A DNA stretch of 63,904 nt, counting the filler, from Octopus bimaculoides (Eukaryota), in assembly GCF_001194135.2 (NCBI RefSeq). It is 4 parts of 4 records of this genome, joined end to end, with 100 filler letters (N's around TTAATTAATTAA, not from the genome) between each part and the next. Parts side by side here need not be neighbours in the genome. Positions count along the whole stretch, not along the records: positions 62,072 to 63,904 come from NC_068982.1; 3 more parts are not named here. One strand, given 5' to 3'. The first letter of the stretch is position 1, and each line of letters opens with the position of its first letter. The position numbers and the translations under genes were made by a program. Shown here one piece after another: positions 62,072 through 63,904 of the stretch. The notes below the pieces were generated by a model. That model saw only the letters and a list, made by a program, of their open reading frames with translations. It was not told the origin of the DNA and did no database searches.

Positions 62072-62112
<41 letters not shown>

Positions 62113-62673
62113 TAGATATAAATGTATATTTGTGTATATAGGAGTTAGTAAACAAATATGTATGTATGTATGTATATTTATATACTATATTTTTGTATAT
62201 TTTTTATACACACATAAAAACACACATAAGCGTATACATACGAATACACACGTATCTACACACACATAGATATTTACATACATACACATACACACACACA
62301 ACACGTGTTATATATAATGTTATATATACTCTTATGCACAGGTCAGCACGCAATAAACGCACATGTGCATATGCACATACCAACACACACACACATTGAC
62401 TAGACACCGACATAAAAAAAGAAAAAGAATTTAGTTAAAATCTCATAAATTTAAATTGTTGAACGATAATATAATTTTTGTTTTAATTCGAGAGTAAAAA
62501 AAGAGAAAAAAACATTTCTGTATTTTTCTTATGTTCGATGAGTGATCAATAATGCGCTGTGTGGTGAATGATTATACTTCGCACCACGTGAAGAAATGAA
62601 ATAGCTGAGTGCTTAAATGGTGGGCTTAGTCTTAATTAATAAATTCATTTACTATTATTATTACGCATGCATT

Positions 62674-62860
62674 AAGGCAGCTAGCTGGCGGAATCGTTAG
62701 CACGCCGGACGTAATGCTTAGCGATATTTCGTCTGTCCTTGCTTTCTGTGTTCAAATTCCGCTGAGGTTGATTTTGTCGATTTTGATGTAATCGACTGGT
62801 CCACTCACCCAAAATTTCAGGCCTTGTGCCTATAATAGAAAGGATTATTATTATTATTAT
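62674..62860 (+). mobile_element. Family B SINE (internal deletion) with (ATT)n tail
   Basis: aaggcagctagctggcggaatcgttagcacgccgg..gttcaaattccgctgaggttg..aaatttcaggccttgtgcctataatagaaaggattatt. Confidence 0.9.
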
Positions 62861-62861
62861 T

Positions 62862-63772
62862 ACCTCCGCCTTAGCCAAGGCGGTGGTGTTGTTTCCAGCC
62901 GTGTTTGTTTATTTATCCGTGGACAAGATATTTCAAGAACCGCTGGATGGATTCAGATGAAACTTTTAGGGATGTTTGACCTCGTGACTGGCACAAGCTG
63001 ATTAGATTTTGGGATCGATCCGGTACCGGACAAGGATTCTGGATTATTTGTTATATTTACTTTACTTTACATGATTACAATCTTATGTTGCCTTTCAAGT
63101 CTTTCTCAATTATCTCCCTTTAGGCTGTTTCCAAAGTTTTATTTTTCGTTTTTCTATTATTTATTTTACTCGCGTCACTATCTTAGTAGAAACTGATGGA
63201 TAAAGAAATCAAACTATATAAACAAACGGTAGCAAAACCGTTCAGAAATTTAATAACACTAAATTTTTTAATAATATATATATCATATATTATACATACA
63301 TATTAACACTTTACAATATACTTACACATATACATACATCTATACATCGATCTAAAACAACAGGAATACTAATGGAAGGCCAGAATTTAAGAGAAGAGAA
63401 AACCAAAAGGTTTCCTGCTATTCATTTAAAAATTCCTGAGTAGAACTTATTATTGCCTCAGCATTTGAAACTATTTTGAATGGTGAATTTGTTAACTTTG
63501 GCTTGTATTAATAAGGATAAACTATTTAACTGTTACTAAATTTTCTACAACCACCTTCACATTCCATGACTACCATTGGGATCGATCTGGTACCGAACAA
63601 GGATTCTGGATTATTTTTCTGTTTTTTTTTTTTCATTTAATTTTTGAGAGCGCTCGGGTTTATTTTTAATATTCTCGCTTGTGAGAGCAACCGAGTTTAT
63701 TTCAGATATTCTCATTTTAAAAATCACCTCCGGCTACTCGTTTAGAGGACGTTAGTGTTGCCTTGCGGAGGT
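62862..63772 (+). mobile_element. Non-autonomous Helentron/DINE-1-like (HINE) element
   Basis: 5' ACCTCCGCC with immediate hairpin ccgcctt-agcc-aaggcgg, then gtttgtttatt..gatggattcagatgaaactttt..; the 3' inverted copy is CCTTGCGGAGGT (63761-72). Inserted in a T-rich (ATT)n tract. Confidence 0.7.
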
Positions 63773-63904
63773 GAATAAATATTGTTTATTTGTCGATTAG
63801 GAAGGCTACCAATGGTTTCATGAGAAGAGAGATCTCTACAATTGTTCAAGTGTATCATAATTGAGAAGAGTGGCAACTTTGCCATGTAGTAGGCTTGGAC
63901 ATTT

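Overview
AT-rich, microsatellite-dense eukaryotic non-coding DNA from a gapped draft scaffold. The SINE families, repeat style and Penelope-derived tails point to an octopus (coleoid cephalopod) genome; this is recognition from memory, not a database search. No host protein-coding gene can be supported, and nearly all listed ORFs are microsatellite or N-gap translations. Real coding signal is confined to decayed transposons: an RTE LINE 3' fragment (~975-1520, -), a full-length IR/DR Tc1 fossil (5010-6587), an RLE-type (R4/Dong/HERO-like) LINE 3' end (47720-48597, -), a CR1-clade RT fragment (49602-50594, -), a probable RTE zinc-finger tail (51130-51360) and a Penelope-like element with RT C-terminus plus GIY-YIG domain (60340-61900). 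About 25 tRNA-derived SINE copies or fragments, several fold-back MITEs and two Helentron/DINE-like elements are also present. The most notable hidden layer is structured RNA. Two intact minimal type I hammerhead ribozyme folds occur at 21164-21251 and 61785-61872. The first is preceded by a perfect 27-bp antisense copy that would lock its catalytic core. A variant hammerhead sits in a 97-bp inverted pLTR-like pair (27018-27517) whose two arms carry complementary defects. Long inverted repeats that would form dsRNA if transcribed are unusually frequent. No CRISPR array, rRNA or bona fide tRNA gene was seen.
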